Below are positions 27,346 to 40,876 of a stretch of DNA of 64,000 nucleotides, in pieces. The notes under the pieces were generated by a model. That model had not been told where the DNA came from. It was given only the letters and a program-made list of their open reading frames with translations, and did not search any database. The position numbers were made by a program, and so were the translations under genes. The stretch's first letter is position 1, and each line of letters starts with the position of its first letter. Origin of the DNA: Macrostomum lignano (lineage: Eukaryota); NCBI GenBank assembly GCA_002269645.1, contig NIVC01000266.1, positions 124,001-188,000 on the forward strand. Reading direction: 5' to 3'.

Positions 27346-30300
27346 TCAAGCCTTCCTCAAGCCTTCAATCATTCTCGAGGCCCTGAACGCCATCTGGGAC
27401 CAGTGAGTCCGCAGCGCCCGCGTCACCCCGACCCGGTGGACTGCACAGGCCGCACAGGCCGCGCACACGGAGGCGGCGACTGCGGCAGCGCACAGCAGAC
27501 GGCCGAGGACCCGGTCCTGCCAGCGCCGGTCCGTGATGGCCCGGCTGTACGGAGTGCGGCTGAAGGTCACCTGCGAGCGCGTTGGGTGGCGGTCAGCTTG
27601 TCAATCAACTGTTGATAGGGGAGGATCAAGTTATCAATCTACTATCAATATCAAAAGCAGCGCCAGTCAACGAGGGGAAGTCAGAGGCACCGGAGCTCAC
27701 CATGGTGTACAGCGGGACCCAGTGGTTGGGCAGCAGCCAGTTCAGCGCGTTGTCCAGTTTCTTGCGCAACAGAAATGTCACGGAATTCACTGATTGGCGC
27801 ATCTGTTGGCAGATTTATGGCATGATTTATGACACTTGCATCTGATTTGCGTGTACAGACCTGGATAAAGTGATAATGAAATTGAAAATATTGTGGAGTG
27901 AATAGAGGATTAATTGCGAGATGATGGGAGTGACGAGATGATGTGAGTGACTTAATGAAAGAGTGACGAGATGATGGGAGTGACTTAATGAAAGAGTGAC
28001 GAGATGATGGGAGTGACTTAATGAAAGAGTGACGAGATAAAAGAGTGACAAGATGGTGAGAGTGACAAGATGAAAGAGTGACGATATAAAAGAAGGACGA
28101 GATGATGAGAGTGACGAGATGATGAGAGTGACGAGAAGGTGAGAGTGACGAGGTGGTGAGAGTGACGAGATGATGAGAGTGACGAGAAGGTGAGAGTGAC
28201 GAGATGGTGAGAGTGACGAGAAGGTGAGAGTGACGAGATGGTGAGAGTGACGAGATGGTGAGAGTGACGAGATGATGAGAGTGACGAGAAGGTGAGAGTG
28301 ACGAGATGGTGAGAGTGACGAGAAGGTGAGAGTGACGAGATGGTGAGAGTGACGAGAAGTTGAGAGTGACGAGATGGTGAGAGTGACGAGATAAAAGAGT
28401 GACAAGATGGTGAGAGTGACAAGATGAAAGAGTGACGAGAAGATCTAGAGTGCATCAGACATCGGAAACCCAATTTGCAAGAAAAAGACAAGCAAACACG
28501 GGGAGAGTTGTTTATCAATATTTGGGTGCGGAGGTTTTCTCGCCCTCACTGGCACATCGTGACCAGCCCTGCCCCTGTACAGCAGTGCATTCTGGGGTGC
28601 AGGGCCCCCAAGGCTGACTGTCAATCTGTTAAAAAACCACGTGCCTGTTTTGCTGTTCTCTAGTGCGGCTCCTCCTTAGCTTTGGCTGGAAATTATTTTT
28701 TGATGCTAGTATAGCATGTTCGCAACACTCTACTTGTTTGGGTAGAAAGTAAGACATTTTTCGATAAAATCTATATGACAAAGAAATACATTGAAAAAGA
28801 CTCCGAACCTCGATGTAGTTATAGAGAGCCAGGTCCACGATGGCGTGCGCGTCTTCTACCCGCGAATTGGTGAAAGCCGGAAGCACCTTACCTGCAGGAA
28901 AAAGGCAATCTCTTGGTTAAATCATTGGTATTGGGCTAGGCATTATGGATATAATTCATCTCTTGTTGCAGACTTTTGTCTATGGTAGTAAGGCCTCGTG
29001 AACTCACCAAAGTCATGGCCGAACTGCTGCATCAAATCGTCCAGTATGATGCAGTCCTCGAAGCCCTAATTAACAATTATTAAGATAATTAGTACGATTA
29101 TAATTAACTTTGAAAGCCAAGGATGAAATGCTCAGAGACTGAAGCAAAATGCCGCTAGACCCTTCATCAATCATGCGTGTTCCTTTGGAGGTCAAAAAGT
29201 TTTCAGATTTTCAGCACTAAATTTTCAATATGCAACCGACAGCTCAGCCGCAGCTATTGCGCGGCGCATCTGAAGGCTGCGTACGGCTGTTGTGAGGGGG
29301 GGGGTCGCCACACACACCCTCAATTACCCCAGCTAATGCTGGCACCCATTTTACAGCTGGGTGAACTGAAGCAATGCAGAGTTAAGTGTCTTGCTCAAGG
29401 ACACAAATTGCTCCGAGTGGGATCAGGAATCGAACCCCCGACCTTTAAGTCGTGAGTCTGATGCTCTTAACCACTACTTGGCTACAACCCCATGCAGCCC
29501 TGATGGTGGGATATTAGGAATTTAAATTTAGTGCTCAGGGTGTCGCAACCGCAATGGATTTTTTTTGGTGTTTTTGGGATCCAGAGCCAGAAATTGGAGC
29601 TGGAGCCAGAAATCGGTGTTGTTAGCACTCAACTTTGCGCTGCAGGCACTCAATTTGGCGCCGCAGGCACCTATTTTGGCGCCGCAGGCACCCATTTTGG
29701 CGCCGCAGGCACCTATTTTGGCGCCGCAGGCACCCATTTTGGCGCCGCAGGCACCCATTTTGGCGCCGCAGGCACCTATTTTGGCGCCGCAGGCACCCAT
29801 TTTGGCGCCGCAGGCACCTATTTTGGCGCCGCAGGCACCCATTTTGGCGCTCTAAAGCAAAATAATTGATTTGCATAACGGGTCACAAGGTGGGGGGGGG
29901 GGGCAAAGCACTGGCATGTCCCCCCATAGCTGTTACGAGAGTAGCGGCCTCCCTGCTTCAAGGAGGCGGACTTCTTACGCAGTTCATGCCTTGGCCATAG
30001 AACGGCACCATTGCGTGGGCGGCATCGCCAATAATCAGCATCTTGTCGTTCAGGTGATACGGCTGACACTGTAAGTTTTGTTGCAGCGTATTGAATTGTT
30101 TTACCAATAGGAGGGATGCTTAAAAATGCCTATCGGCATTGAATTATTACTAATAGTAGGAATAAAGAGAATCTTACTCGAATTGAAACCAGAGGCAGCG
30201 CTTTCAAACTTAGAATCGTGTCAACGACTGTTTTCCTGCAAAACGTGAGCGGCGATTCAAAAACTGGATTCGTAAATTGCTACTTTTCAGTAGAAGCGTT

Positions 30301-33300
30301 AGAAAATTAATTACTTTATGCTGTAAGAAGCATTTAAATTAATTTACTTGCTAGGGCTTTTACTGATGGGGTATTGCTCTGAGAGCGTATTGCCTTGAGA
30401 GGGTATTGCTCTGTACAGGGCCTAGCTTTTGTCAGGGTATTGTTCAGAGAGGGCATTGGCCTTGTCAAGGTATTGCTCAGAGAGGGCCTTGGCCTTGTCA
30501 GGGTATTGCTCTGAGAGGGTATTGCCCTTGTCAAGGTTATTACTCTGAGAAATTTTTTTGTTAGGGTATTGCTCTGACAGGGCCTAGCTTTCGTCAGGGT
30601 ATTGCTCTGAGAGGGCATTGGTCTGAAATGGAATTTCTGCCATATCATGTCGCGAGATACTACTTAAAACTTGAATTAAATCCGTGACCAGCTATAAAGC
30701 CGACTAAAAATCCCACAGGAAAAGTTTGCAGCTTCACTGGCCGCCTCATTCACGTAAGTAAACTGCTATAGACTAGGGGATCCCATTAGATATCTGACAC
30801 TCTTCGCAGCGAGCCCGCGACCTCACCGCCCTCTGATCTCTAAGCGCTTCTTCCTCCTCTCTGCCCGCCCCTGGGGCGCATTTTTATTTCTAAACTATAC
30901 AGTGTATAAGAGCGTAGGTCTAGAGTCGGGGAAAGGAATCTTAGTTCATCGTGATAGAGCTTTCATCTGCGTAGTTGTATAGTTGAGCAGAAATAATTAT
31001 TAGAATAAGTGCAGTGTATATACAGGTCAGTATATTTTTTCGAGTACTGCAGCTATGCAATTTGCATTCCCCTGCTAAGGAACTCTGGACTGCTCGCCCT
31101 TCATGCCTTAGGCTAAATTTCTGGACACACTAGAGTTTCTTGACATGGGATTAAGACAAGTCAAGATTGTTTTGGAATAATATGAAGCAAAGTAATAGCA
31201 TTCCCTGACCGTAGGGCATGTAGTTTGGGACATATCGACGAAGGTATTTGATTATACGAGCGCAGTGTCTTGATGTGTGGAATGGATATTCGGTGATTCT
31301 ATGGGGTCATGGGTGTGCGGTTGGGCCTGCGAGGGAGCTTTATCAGCGGAGCTATGGGGTGGTGGGTGTGCGGTTGGGCCTGCGAGGGAGCTTTATCAGC
31401 TGAGCTATGGGGTGGTGGGTGTGCGGTTGGGCCTGCGAGGGAGCTTTATTAGCGGAGCTATGGGGTGGTGGGTGTGCGGTTGGGGCTGCGAGGGAGCTTT
31501 ATCAGCGGAGCTATGGGGTGGGTCTGGGATCGGAAACCAATAGTTATCGTAGTAGAGGCCGGTAGGCAATGGAAATATTTCTGTTAAAATACCAAGTGTC
31601 ATTAAAACAAAGCCTGGATTCTCACTCGCCCAGCAGCTCAAGTGCATCCGGAAATGTGTCCCGATAGAACTTGACAACAGCTTCCGGTGATTTCAACTGG
31701 TCAAACAATTCGAACGGCATAAACATGGTGCCAGTGAAGCTGCCATCTAGATTGGGCAGGGCGATTAGCATGAACTGGTTGCGTGGCCAGATGTGCAGAT
31801 AGTTAGTAGCCATGCAGTGGCCTCCCGACTCGCTCGGCGGGAAGGCGATCTCCATGTAGCCGTGTTCGATGTACCGCTGCTCGTAGTCGAAGCGGCAGTG
31901 TCGCATCATGGACTTGCGCACCGCCGAGAAGGCGCCGTCGCAGCCAACGATGAGGTCGTAGGTTCGCTTCACGGTTGAGTCATCGCTGTGTTGATTGAGA
32001 GATTTTAGTGCTTTGTGTTTATTAAAGCAAATTGCAGAACTGAAGCACAGACGAAATTTCCCTTCAACATTAGCCGTATTCCAAACAATGATCCCGAAAA
32101 TTATTCGCAGAAGAATCAGGACAAGGATCCGGACAAGGAAAATGGAAGGATCCGGACAAGAAACATGGAAGAATCCGGACAAGAAACATGGAAGGATCCG
32201 GACAAGAAACATGGAAGGATCCGGACAAGGAAAATGAAAGGATCCGGACAAGAAACATGGAAGGATCCGGACAAGGAACATGGAAGGATCCGGACAAGGA
32301 ACATGGAAGGATCCGGACAAGGAACATGGAAGGATCCGGACAAGGAACATGGAAGGATCCGGACAAGGAACATGGAAGGATCCGGAAAAAATTTCAGTAC
32401 AGCCGAATTTTAACTCAAACCCGTCAACTTTTCTATTTTTGGCAATTTTACAAACATCTCCGACTTCTTGACTGAATCAATTCTGACACATGACGGCCCA
32501 GAGAAGACTTTAGTGCTTCATCGCAATACACTTGACCTCTGAGTAATGCACCGCAGAGTTGCAACGGATTTCTTCTTTCTACTCCTCTACTGCCGTCTCC
32601 ACAGCACGCTGGCCTCTTCACCCAAGCCGGGCTCTTCCTGACTGCCGCTTGAGGACTTGCAGCTGCGTCAGCTTCTTCTGCGCAAAGCTAAAGCAGAAAA
32701 AAGCTAACAGAAAATCATTCAATAGAGCCGATTTTTTCTAAAGCCTTTCAACTATCTTTTTGACATCGCGTCGCACAACCAGCGCTGAGGAAATTCCGCT
32801 CATTACGCTGACAAGAGCGCCAATACAGTACGCAGGTACTGCATTCATACACTCGCTCACACAGGGTGTACAGCGGCCCTGACTTTCAAATCGTCAGGCA
32901 TGTACACTCGCTGTGCCTTGGGAGCCGGTCCCCATGAGCGTGAATCTCACAACAAACCCCCAGGTGAATTTTCGTGCACACGAGCCCCAAATGAATTGGG
33001 CCGCGCATCGAATCGAATGAGGGGTCGTGGCGCTTCTGCTTCAGATGCCCAAAGCAGTTCTAGTCGTGGGCAAAATCATAGCTCTATAGGGTTTTTTTAT
33101 TCCTTCACCTCAGCTCTGGGCGGGTTGCAGCAGCTCCCATCCCCTGACCCTCTCTCTGCCCCACCCATGATTAGTATTAGTGCAAATACCGCCTGCACTT
33201 TTCAGCCACAAAAATCAGTGCCTTGGAAATTTGGCAACTGCGAAGCCTGAGAAGGTTTCACTGATTTGGGTTAGAAACAAATTCTCGAATGCACTGAAGT

Positions 33301-35701
33301 GATGGGCGGGCATCATTCAGAAGAAATACGAGTATCTGTTTTCCCAGAGGGGGAATTAGCAGAAGCCCTATTAGTCCGCTATTAGCTGGATACCTGTGGA
33401 CTCTCTAGTCCCCGAGAGCTATTCTCTGAAACACCATAATCAGGGTAGAGGACAGCCCTCTCAATTTCTCTCCAAACCTTTTGCTCCGCGCGGTCTCGCC
33501 CATTCAAGCATTTCATGCAGTAAAATTCTCCTGTTTAAAATTGCGAGCTCATAAAACTATTGGTTGGTCAAGTTGGTCACTTGAATTATCAAAATTGTTT
33601 GAGGTGAGCGGCTTTGAAATTTGCTCTCCAGTTCTCTGTCTCTGACCAAAATGCAGTGAAACTTGCGATAAAAAAAACAAAATATACGTTTATTTGTGTG
33701 CTCAGGCCTGGAAAATCATTCCAGGACCACAATTGAAGCATTCCAGGACCACTAAATTAAGCATTCCAGGACCACTAAATTAAGCATTCCAGGACCACTA
33801 AATTAAGCATTCCAGGACCACAATTAAAGCATTCCATGACCACTAAATAAAGCATTCCAGGACCACTAAATTAAGCATTCCATGACCACTAAATAAAGCA
33901 TTCCAGGACCACTAAATTAAGCATTCCAGGACCACTAAATTAAGCATTCCAGGACCACTAAATTAAGCATTCCAGGACCACTAAATTAAGCATTCCAGGA
34001 TCACTAAATTAAGCATTCCAGGACCACTAAATTAAGCATTCCAGGACCACTAAATTAAGCATTCCAGGACCACTAAATTAAGCATTCCAGGACCACTAAA
34101 TTAAGCATTCCAGGACCACTAAATTAAGCATTCCAGGACCACTAGAAGTATTCCAAAAATATTGTATCTATTTGACGGGTTTATTAGGTTTTTCAAAAAA
34201 TGCTCAATGTCGGGAAAGGTGTCGGGAAAATTTTCCTCAATTTCGAGGAAGCAAAGGCAATACGAGATATTGGGAGTGCCGGCTGCTAGGTATACAAACA
34301 GCAGTTACAGCAAGGGCTCCATAACACCCAGATACTTGTATCAGCAGGAAAAGGTCACAGTAAATATTCAACACAATCATAAAATCGAATAGAGGGACAC
34401 TAAAACCTATAGTGCCGGCCCCCTGCTGTCCTTATCAATAAATAAATTACTCAGACAGAGGCAGTGGCGGCACAGTCGAGTTCCGTGCATGGAAACGGAA
34501 GCCGGTGCCAGATTGACTTGCCTTCTGCATTCGGGGGGGGGGGGTCGGTCGAACTCGCACACACCCGAGCAGAGACAGGGCAATTGCAACAGGTCGTGGT
34601 ATTTCAAGCAGGTGTTATCAACAACTTCTTATCTAATATTTTGGTTTAAAACCATGCATTTGCACACGCGTGAGACAGTTTGAAGTGGTTGAAATGCTGT
34701 TTAGTAATTAGGAAAAACTATGATATAAAATGAATAAGCTTAAAACTTCATCCACTATTACATTGCAGTTGCCAACTGGAATCTGATAGATAGTGAAGTT
34801 AATTTAGTCTGTCAGTCAATATAATAATGTGCACTTTTACAGATAAGTTAACAATTAGCACATCAATTCTTGTTATGATCATTTATATCATCTCTGATAG
34901 CAAGCCAAAGTTATCCCAAGTAAAAAGTCCTTCAAATTTCGATTTACAAATCCTCATTCTATTTTAGTTTCGATTAACTGATCACCGAGTACGAGCCCGT
35001 ACGTGCACGTCATGAATCTACCCTGAAAACTATGCAGTGTATACATGTAAAGAACTGAAGACTACTGCCATTATTGTTATTGCAAATCAAACCAGCATTC
35101 CACAAATTATGAAAGAACTCACGTAGAGAAAACAGTTTCTCCAGTAGTTGGATCGCAGGAGACCAATTTATGGCCAAAGTGAATCGTGATATTAGGCTGC
35201 GACTCCGCCTCTGTCAGCAACACTCCGTTAAGTCCCATGCGATCGACGCTCATGATAAACTGCCCGGTACGACCGTATGGAATCGGGCGAGTTTTTCCAT
35301 CCAAAGAGTGGATCATACGAGCATGCATTGGTATGCCGGATTTCGTAACCTTTTCCCGAAGTCCTACTCTCTCGAGTGCCTCCAAGCCACGATGCGAGAG
35401 GGCTAGGTTTATGCTGCGACCATGCACAGTTGCATCTGCTCTGAAATCTTGGCGCATCTCAAATAGATCGACTTTGTATCCACGCTTTGCAATAAAGCAT
35501 GCACACAGACTTCCTACCTAAAGTTTAAATGGTAGAATGCGTTTTCAATTTTGTAAATTTATTGATTAGTTTGCATGTACACTAAAACTGTATTGTTTGC
35601 CTATAGAAATACGTTTGTACGTAGCACTAAGCTAAGTAGAAAAAATATTATCTTACCAATCCACCACCAACAATGCAAACATTTTTTCTTTCTGCTTCCA
35701 T
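27346..35701 (-). CDS. KMO: Kynurenine 3-monooxygenase, about 471 aa, 9 exons (35701-35657, 35517-35123, 31985-31626, 30235-30178, 30068-29979, 29065-29008, 28891-28809, 27802-27701, 27570-27346)
   Basis: All junctions are GT-AG and phase-consistent; total 1416 nt. Motifs: [10 protein letters not shown] (FAD GxGxxG), [83 protein letters not shown]-terminal hydrophobic anchor. Confidence 0.95.
27905..28440. repeat. 17-bp minisatellite (gagtgacgagatggtga) in KMO intron 7
   Basis: Direct inspection. Confidence 0.9.
29231..29491 (-). mobile_element. tRNA-derived CORE-type SINE family B (KMO intron 5)
   Basis: Minus strand has an A box (tagccaagtagtgg) and B box (ggttcgattcc). Then tccttgagcaagacacttaactctgcattgcttcagttcacccagctgtaaaatggg, which resembles the CORE domain. 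Second copy at 46131-46373. Confidence 0.75.
29645..29850. repeat. 21-bp minisatellite (ttttggcgccgcaggcacc[c/t]a) in KMO intron 5
   Basis: About 10 units. Confidence 0.95.
30365..30620. repeat. About 33-bp degenerate minisatellite (gggtattgctctgagaggg...ccttgtca) in KMO intron 3
   Basis: About 8 units. Confidence 0.8.
31300..31525. repeat. 53-bp tandem repeat x4 in KMO intron 3
   Basis: gggtgtgcggttgggcctgcgagggagctttatcagcggagctatggggtggt at 31311, 31364 and onward. Confidence 0.9.
32120..32387. repeat. 23-bp minisatellite (ggaaggatccggacaaggaacat) in KMO intron 2
   Basis: About 11 units. Confidence 0.95.
33715..34143. repeat. 23-bp minisatellite (ccaggaccactaaattaagcatt) in KMO intron 2
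   Basis: About 18 units. Confidence 0.95.
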
Positions 35702-36339
35702 TTTGTGGGAGACTGTTTTGTAGCTGATAGGCTGTGCTTTGCTGAATTTTTGCTGTGATCGATATTAAAATTAAAAAAGATCTTCAGGACATCAGTCTTT
35801 AGGCTTCAAGCCCGCGCATTTCATTGAAAATGCTTAATTTGTTAGCGTGCGATACTAAACAGTATAACAAATCTATAGCAGTCTATCAACACTTGGATAA
35901 TTTTAAACGCTGTATTTTAACTTAGAAAATGTTTTAAGTGAATCAGTTTTTTAGAATCCATTGAAAAAACATTTTTTAGTTTATTTCCATAAAAGTTATT
36001 TAATAGCACTGTGCGATGGCGTACGAGTTCGATAGCCATTAAGAGCTCGAGCCGCGGCCCCTACATCCATTGTAATTTGGAGCACCATTTCTGCTTGGTT
36101 ATTCGAAGTACCATCTAAGCAATAAAAACAAACATCTCTCCTTTTCATCAGTCTCTTTTTTGTCTACACATTGTGTTGTGCTATACATTTAATTAAGACT
36201 TTTACTTAATCCCCCAGCATCACTAGGCCTAGCCGTTTAGTTTAGGCCTACTACAACAAGTGTCTAGTAAATCAGTATAGCTAGTGTTGCCACTATTTTA
36301 AAGTGAAAATTACATGTTATAATATAATCAGTTTTTGCT

Positions 36340-38207
36340 ATGGAGAATTCATCTGGTAAGTTTACATGGAAAATTTCTGTGAAAGATGTTTAATTGTTTA
36401 TGAAGGGTGCCAATCATTTTGTCTATCTGCCAACACACACAGGCAATATTTTGTCTAATGTCGTAATGAGCAGACAAAAAGTTTTCTCTTTTAAAAAACT
36501 GTTCGTCTGCTAGGAAATGTGGTTGGGAATGTGGAATGAGGAAGGAACTGCCTAACAAACTCTTTGTTCATATTGTTAAAACATTGCACAAAGGTTGGTC
36601 TTGGTCTTTTCAAATATGATGAACTTCACTAATCAAAACTATGCAAAAGCAAAAACAATCAAACCAAAACTATTACTAAGCCTGCTAAGTGTAGCCTTGT
36701 ATTATTGTATATAGGATATTTAGGGATAGTACATTATATATAATATAGCAAAGCCTTTAAAAAAACTAAGTAACATGCTAATTTAACAAAATTGATACTA
36801 CTTTTATTAGGTAAATAAAATGTTTTATAGAGTATTTATTTTATTTATTATGTATTGCCATTAAAAACTAGGCTGGGTAGGCCTACCAAAAAGCAATCTA
36901 AGACTAAGGTATTAATTAAATTGCTAGGCACTAAAAAGCATAGAAACCATTTTAGAAAGAGGAAACATAGCATGCAACAATTTTAGATTTTAAATAACAT
37001 TTATAGATGTCTTGCATCTGAGAGTTATTAAATAAATAAAAAAATGTTGATATTTTTTAGCTTAAAATAACTTTTAAAACTTTTAAAGAACATATTTATC
37101 TAAAATTAAAAAACTAGTATTCTTTTTGGAATGTTTGAAATGTTATTTCAAATTTATTATTTTGTTTCTATAGAAATGCAACAATAGATCAAGAAAATTT
37201 CTCAAACTAAATTTCAGAATCAGATCATAGTTCTGGAACCAATTCTAAAATGGAACAGGCAATATGAAAAGCTTTGAACCAATTCTGGTTCTGGAATTAG
37301 TAATATGAAAAGACCTATTAAGATATGGCCAAACAAAAATACCTTTTTTTGTGCAATATAACTTTAACACAAGAAGCTTAAATTTGTACACTTTGATCAT
37401 GGGTGGGTACATATATATATATAAAACTTGCTTAGGCCTATTGTAAAAATATATAAGCATTAAACTGAATCTTTTATCTAAGATACACCAAAACTGATAA
37501 GGGCTAGGCACCCTCTGTGTCCTCACCCCCTAAATCCACCGCTGACTTTTATATACAACAAAATAAAATTAAAAAAAACATTAAAGTTTACTTAAAACAT
37601 TGAAACATTTACTATCAACAATTAAAATAGATAAAGAAAAGTTCTGTAGCTGGCATGGAATTAGGCCTAGTGATAACCTTTTCGACTCCTATCTAAGCAA
37701 GTTCCTTCTTTAACAAAGACTTTTACATATCTCAATTATTTTAGTCATTTATTTAATTTATCTTGCTAAAACGACAATAATCCGACAGACGCTGCTGCTG
37801 TAGAAGTTGCCAAGCCAGCTGCTGATATGGAAACCACTGTTGCTGCCGCTGCTGCCGTCCCGTCCGATCCAGCAGTGGCTGATGCAGCAGCTCCCGCGGC
37901 CGAGCCTTCTGCAGCAGCTCCTGCCGCCGCCGCTGCCATTGCCACTGCCATCGAGGAAGCAGCCACTTCATCAGCTGGCCCGGCCGAGCCGGAGTCTGGC
38001 AGCGGAGACGCGGCTGGAGCCACCGCGGCCAAGCGGGCCCGAGTGGCAGTGCAGACGCTGCCTACCCGGGCCTACCTGGACCAGACGGTGGTCCCGGTGC
38101 TGCTGCAGGGCCTGTCAGTGCTGGCTAAAGAGCGGCCGCAGAATCCTATTGAGTATCTGGCCGCTTTCCTGCTGAAGAATAAGGACCAGTACAGCGGCGA
38201 CAAGTGA
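36340..38207 (+). CDS. DPY30: DPY-30 homolog (COMPASS/SET1 subunit), about 144 aa; exons 36340-36355 and 37789-38207
   Basis: C-terminal Dpy-30 motif [44 protein letters not shown]. The 16-nt first exon ATGGAGAATTCATCTG|gtaagt is in phase with acceptor ccgacag|AC. The first exon is less certain than the domain. Confidence 0.9.
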
Positions 38208-38522
38208 CTGCAGCTGGCCTGGTTGTGCCCGATAGTTAACGCAGCGATTTATTATTTTTTCTAATATTTAAGTTCCACTTATCTCTGGTCTCCAGAGCTC
38301 TCAACCAATCGCTATTGCTGTATTACTTATTTGCTATCAAATTCTCAATCCCCATCCACTTTTGCTGGCTGCATTTCTCTCTGTAAGTCAATTACTGTTA
38401 ATTTCTAAATAAATATAAACTTTTAGCACGCTACCGATAAAATCTAATATTCGTTAATCCTGAGTTGGCCAGGTTGACAAGTTGATTTGAGAAAAAAAAT
38501 AATTTTAATTTCTGCTTCCTCT

Positions 38523-38864
38523 GGCCGTAGCCCAGTGGTCTGGTGCGGCGCTCTGATGTGCCAGCGGCCCAGGCTCGATTCCAAGTGCAGTCGCATTAAT
38601 TTGGGGCTGAATTGGAGTCTCGGCTTGGCTCTGCTCGTGAAATTAACGCCCAGGCACAGTGAAGTGTACATGCCTAACGATAATATAAAGTTAGGGCCGC
38701 TGTACACTCCTGTGTGTGTGTGTGTCTGTGCGTATGACTGCGTACGTATCCGCGCACTTGTGTGCCTGCTCAGGGGAGTCTGCTGAAAATGGGCGGTAAT
38801 GCCTCTCGCCGGTTGTGTGACAGTGTCGCTTAGACTGCGCCAGGGTGCACACAGCCCCCTGCCT
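38523..38864 (+). mobile_element. tRNA-derived SINE family A, full-length copy
   Basis: Head ggccgtagcccagtgg...ggctcgattcc; body matches the reverse complement of 2677-3033. Confidence 0.8.
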
Positions 38865-40876
38865 GTTGTATTTAACTAACTAAATAGCTTACATACCATA
38901 ACGCTTCTTAGAAAGCAAACTTTTGAAGGCCTGTTTTACGGCACTTCTGAGGCTTGTAGGAATCATTATTCAATACAAAATATTAATTGTGATCGGAAGC
39001 TCATCTTTTAATGCTAAAGGTAAATTTTTTATTTACGATGAAAAATGGATATATTAATAGAAGTAATTGAAGATGAGCATTCGATCTGCTTGCAATAAAA
39101 TACTATCGCTATTACTGTGTTTAAGAAATTCAAATGTTACTACTTTAAGTATCTCGGCATGTCAATTTTTTGCCCAGCCTTTAAAATACGATGTCCTCTG
39201 TGAATTTGGCTGTATAAGAAAAGCATTGATTTTCACTTGAGCAGCTCAATAATATTTGTAGGACAACATACATACATGTACAAGTGTGCCAATACTGTAC
39301 GCTCACACGGTATGTACAGTGGCCCTGATTTTCTAGTCGTCACGCATGTACACACTCTCCTTGTCTTAGGAATGATTGAGCAGCATGCCTCCCATGGTCT
39401 CTAGCCGCGTAAGTACATGTAGAAGTCGCCAAATGAGGCCGAGGTGGAGGTGCACCCACAGATACTAGAATAACTAGATGGGCCACTCAGCACATTTGCG
39501 TGCAAGCTACTTTCAGTTCAGTAGTAAGTTAAACTGAAGCATTCTAATGTAGCTCGTATTTTTATAGACAAAGCTTATTTATTGGCACTTTCCCATCAAG
39601 CTTAAACACCTCAACTCCACACAGAACCTCAACCCCTGCCCCGCCACCCAATTTTTATTGCCTTCCTCGCTTGTTCCAGCCTAAATCTGCCATGTAAATT
39701 TCAGTGGCTAATGTACATTATTGCTGAACCAAGCTGTTTGTCTACAAGCTTTGATTCTAAACTTATCAAAGTCATTTCAGCTGCCTTTATTCTTATAAAA
39801 TAGCTTATGTATTCTTCATTGCTACTGAACTGAAAGTAGAAAGCTGTTTTTTTAAGTATATATGCCTGAATGGCCCATCTAGTTATTCTAGTATCTGTGG
39901 GTGCATGCACCAGGTGGCAGAGTGGTGCAGAGTTAACCACAGCTTTCAATTAGGACATGCACTCGGCCAAGCTTGTCAGTTGAGACCCTTGCTGAGAGCA
40001 GGCGGTGTGCTGTTGCTCATAGAGACCGTTTCCGTGTTTGTATCTGGGATAGATCTGGCACAGCACCCATAAGAATCTCTGTACTAGGCTGTTTTGCCTG
40101 CAGGCATCTCTTCTTCCAGGAGAAAGTCGGCAGCACCCAAGGCCGCCAGCCCGACCAAACTAAAGTACAAGTAGTGCTTCTCACACCAGCTCTCTCGTGC
40201 TCAATTGGTAGATCGGATGGGTTTCCATTCCAGGCAGCGTCTTTGGTTGGTAATTTTCTCTATACGAGTTCTGACCGGGCAGATTGTTTTGAGGCTGGTA
40301 ACTCGGACTTACTTGCCCGCTCCCTCTTTGTGTCACTCTGTCTATGTCGTTCCCTCTGCGCCACTCACTCGCTTATTTACTGCATCAGTTATTTAAACAC
40401 ATTATTAAAAAAAAACTATTTGCCAATAAAAATTCAAATTTTCAACGGCTTTAAATGAATTCTACAGGCTTACTGAAAATTTACGTTCGCCTCAAACTGT
40501 CGCCGATCGTTTCACGTTTCAGTAGGACTTGCTCTTTTTTCCTTTGCTTTTTCTGGATATTAAATTTCTACCGTATAAAACTACTCGGCATTACTCGGCA
40601 TTTTCCGAGCGCCATGGCCCTCCTGCCCTGACGTTTGTCGTTTAGCCAAAGACGCGCGCCTCTAAGCTTCGCCCACAATTTGTTTGAACAACTGCTGAAC
40701 AGGCGGAATCCTCTGAGGAGCCATGGAGACTTCGGAAGAAAAATTTGTCAAACTGTCTTCCGCTAAATAAATACCGCGCAGCCGAGGCGGCTTTGTAAAA
40801 AGACCTCGCGCGGCTCTTCAAAAACAAGCAAAATTAACAAGACAATTTCAGCCGGACACCGCGTATCTCCAGGAAA

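Noticed and set aside
34330-34350. YKYLG motif on the minus strand in KMO intron 2
   Set aside because: Flanked by stops, with no other reverse-transcriptase motifs nearby.
38523-38590. tRNA-like sequences (also about 2970-3030, 29410-29490 and 46131-46175)
   Set aside because: A/B boxes are present, but they continue into shared SINE bodies and lack a clean cloverleaf and T-run terminator; these are SINE heads, not tRNA genes.
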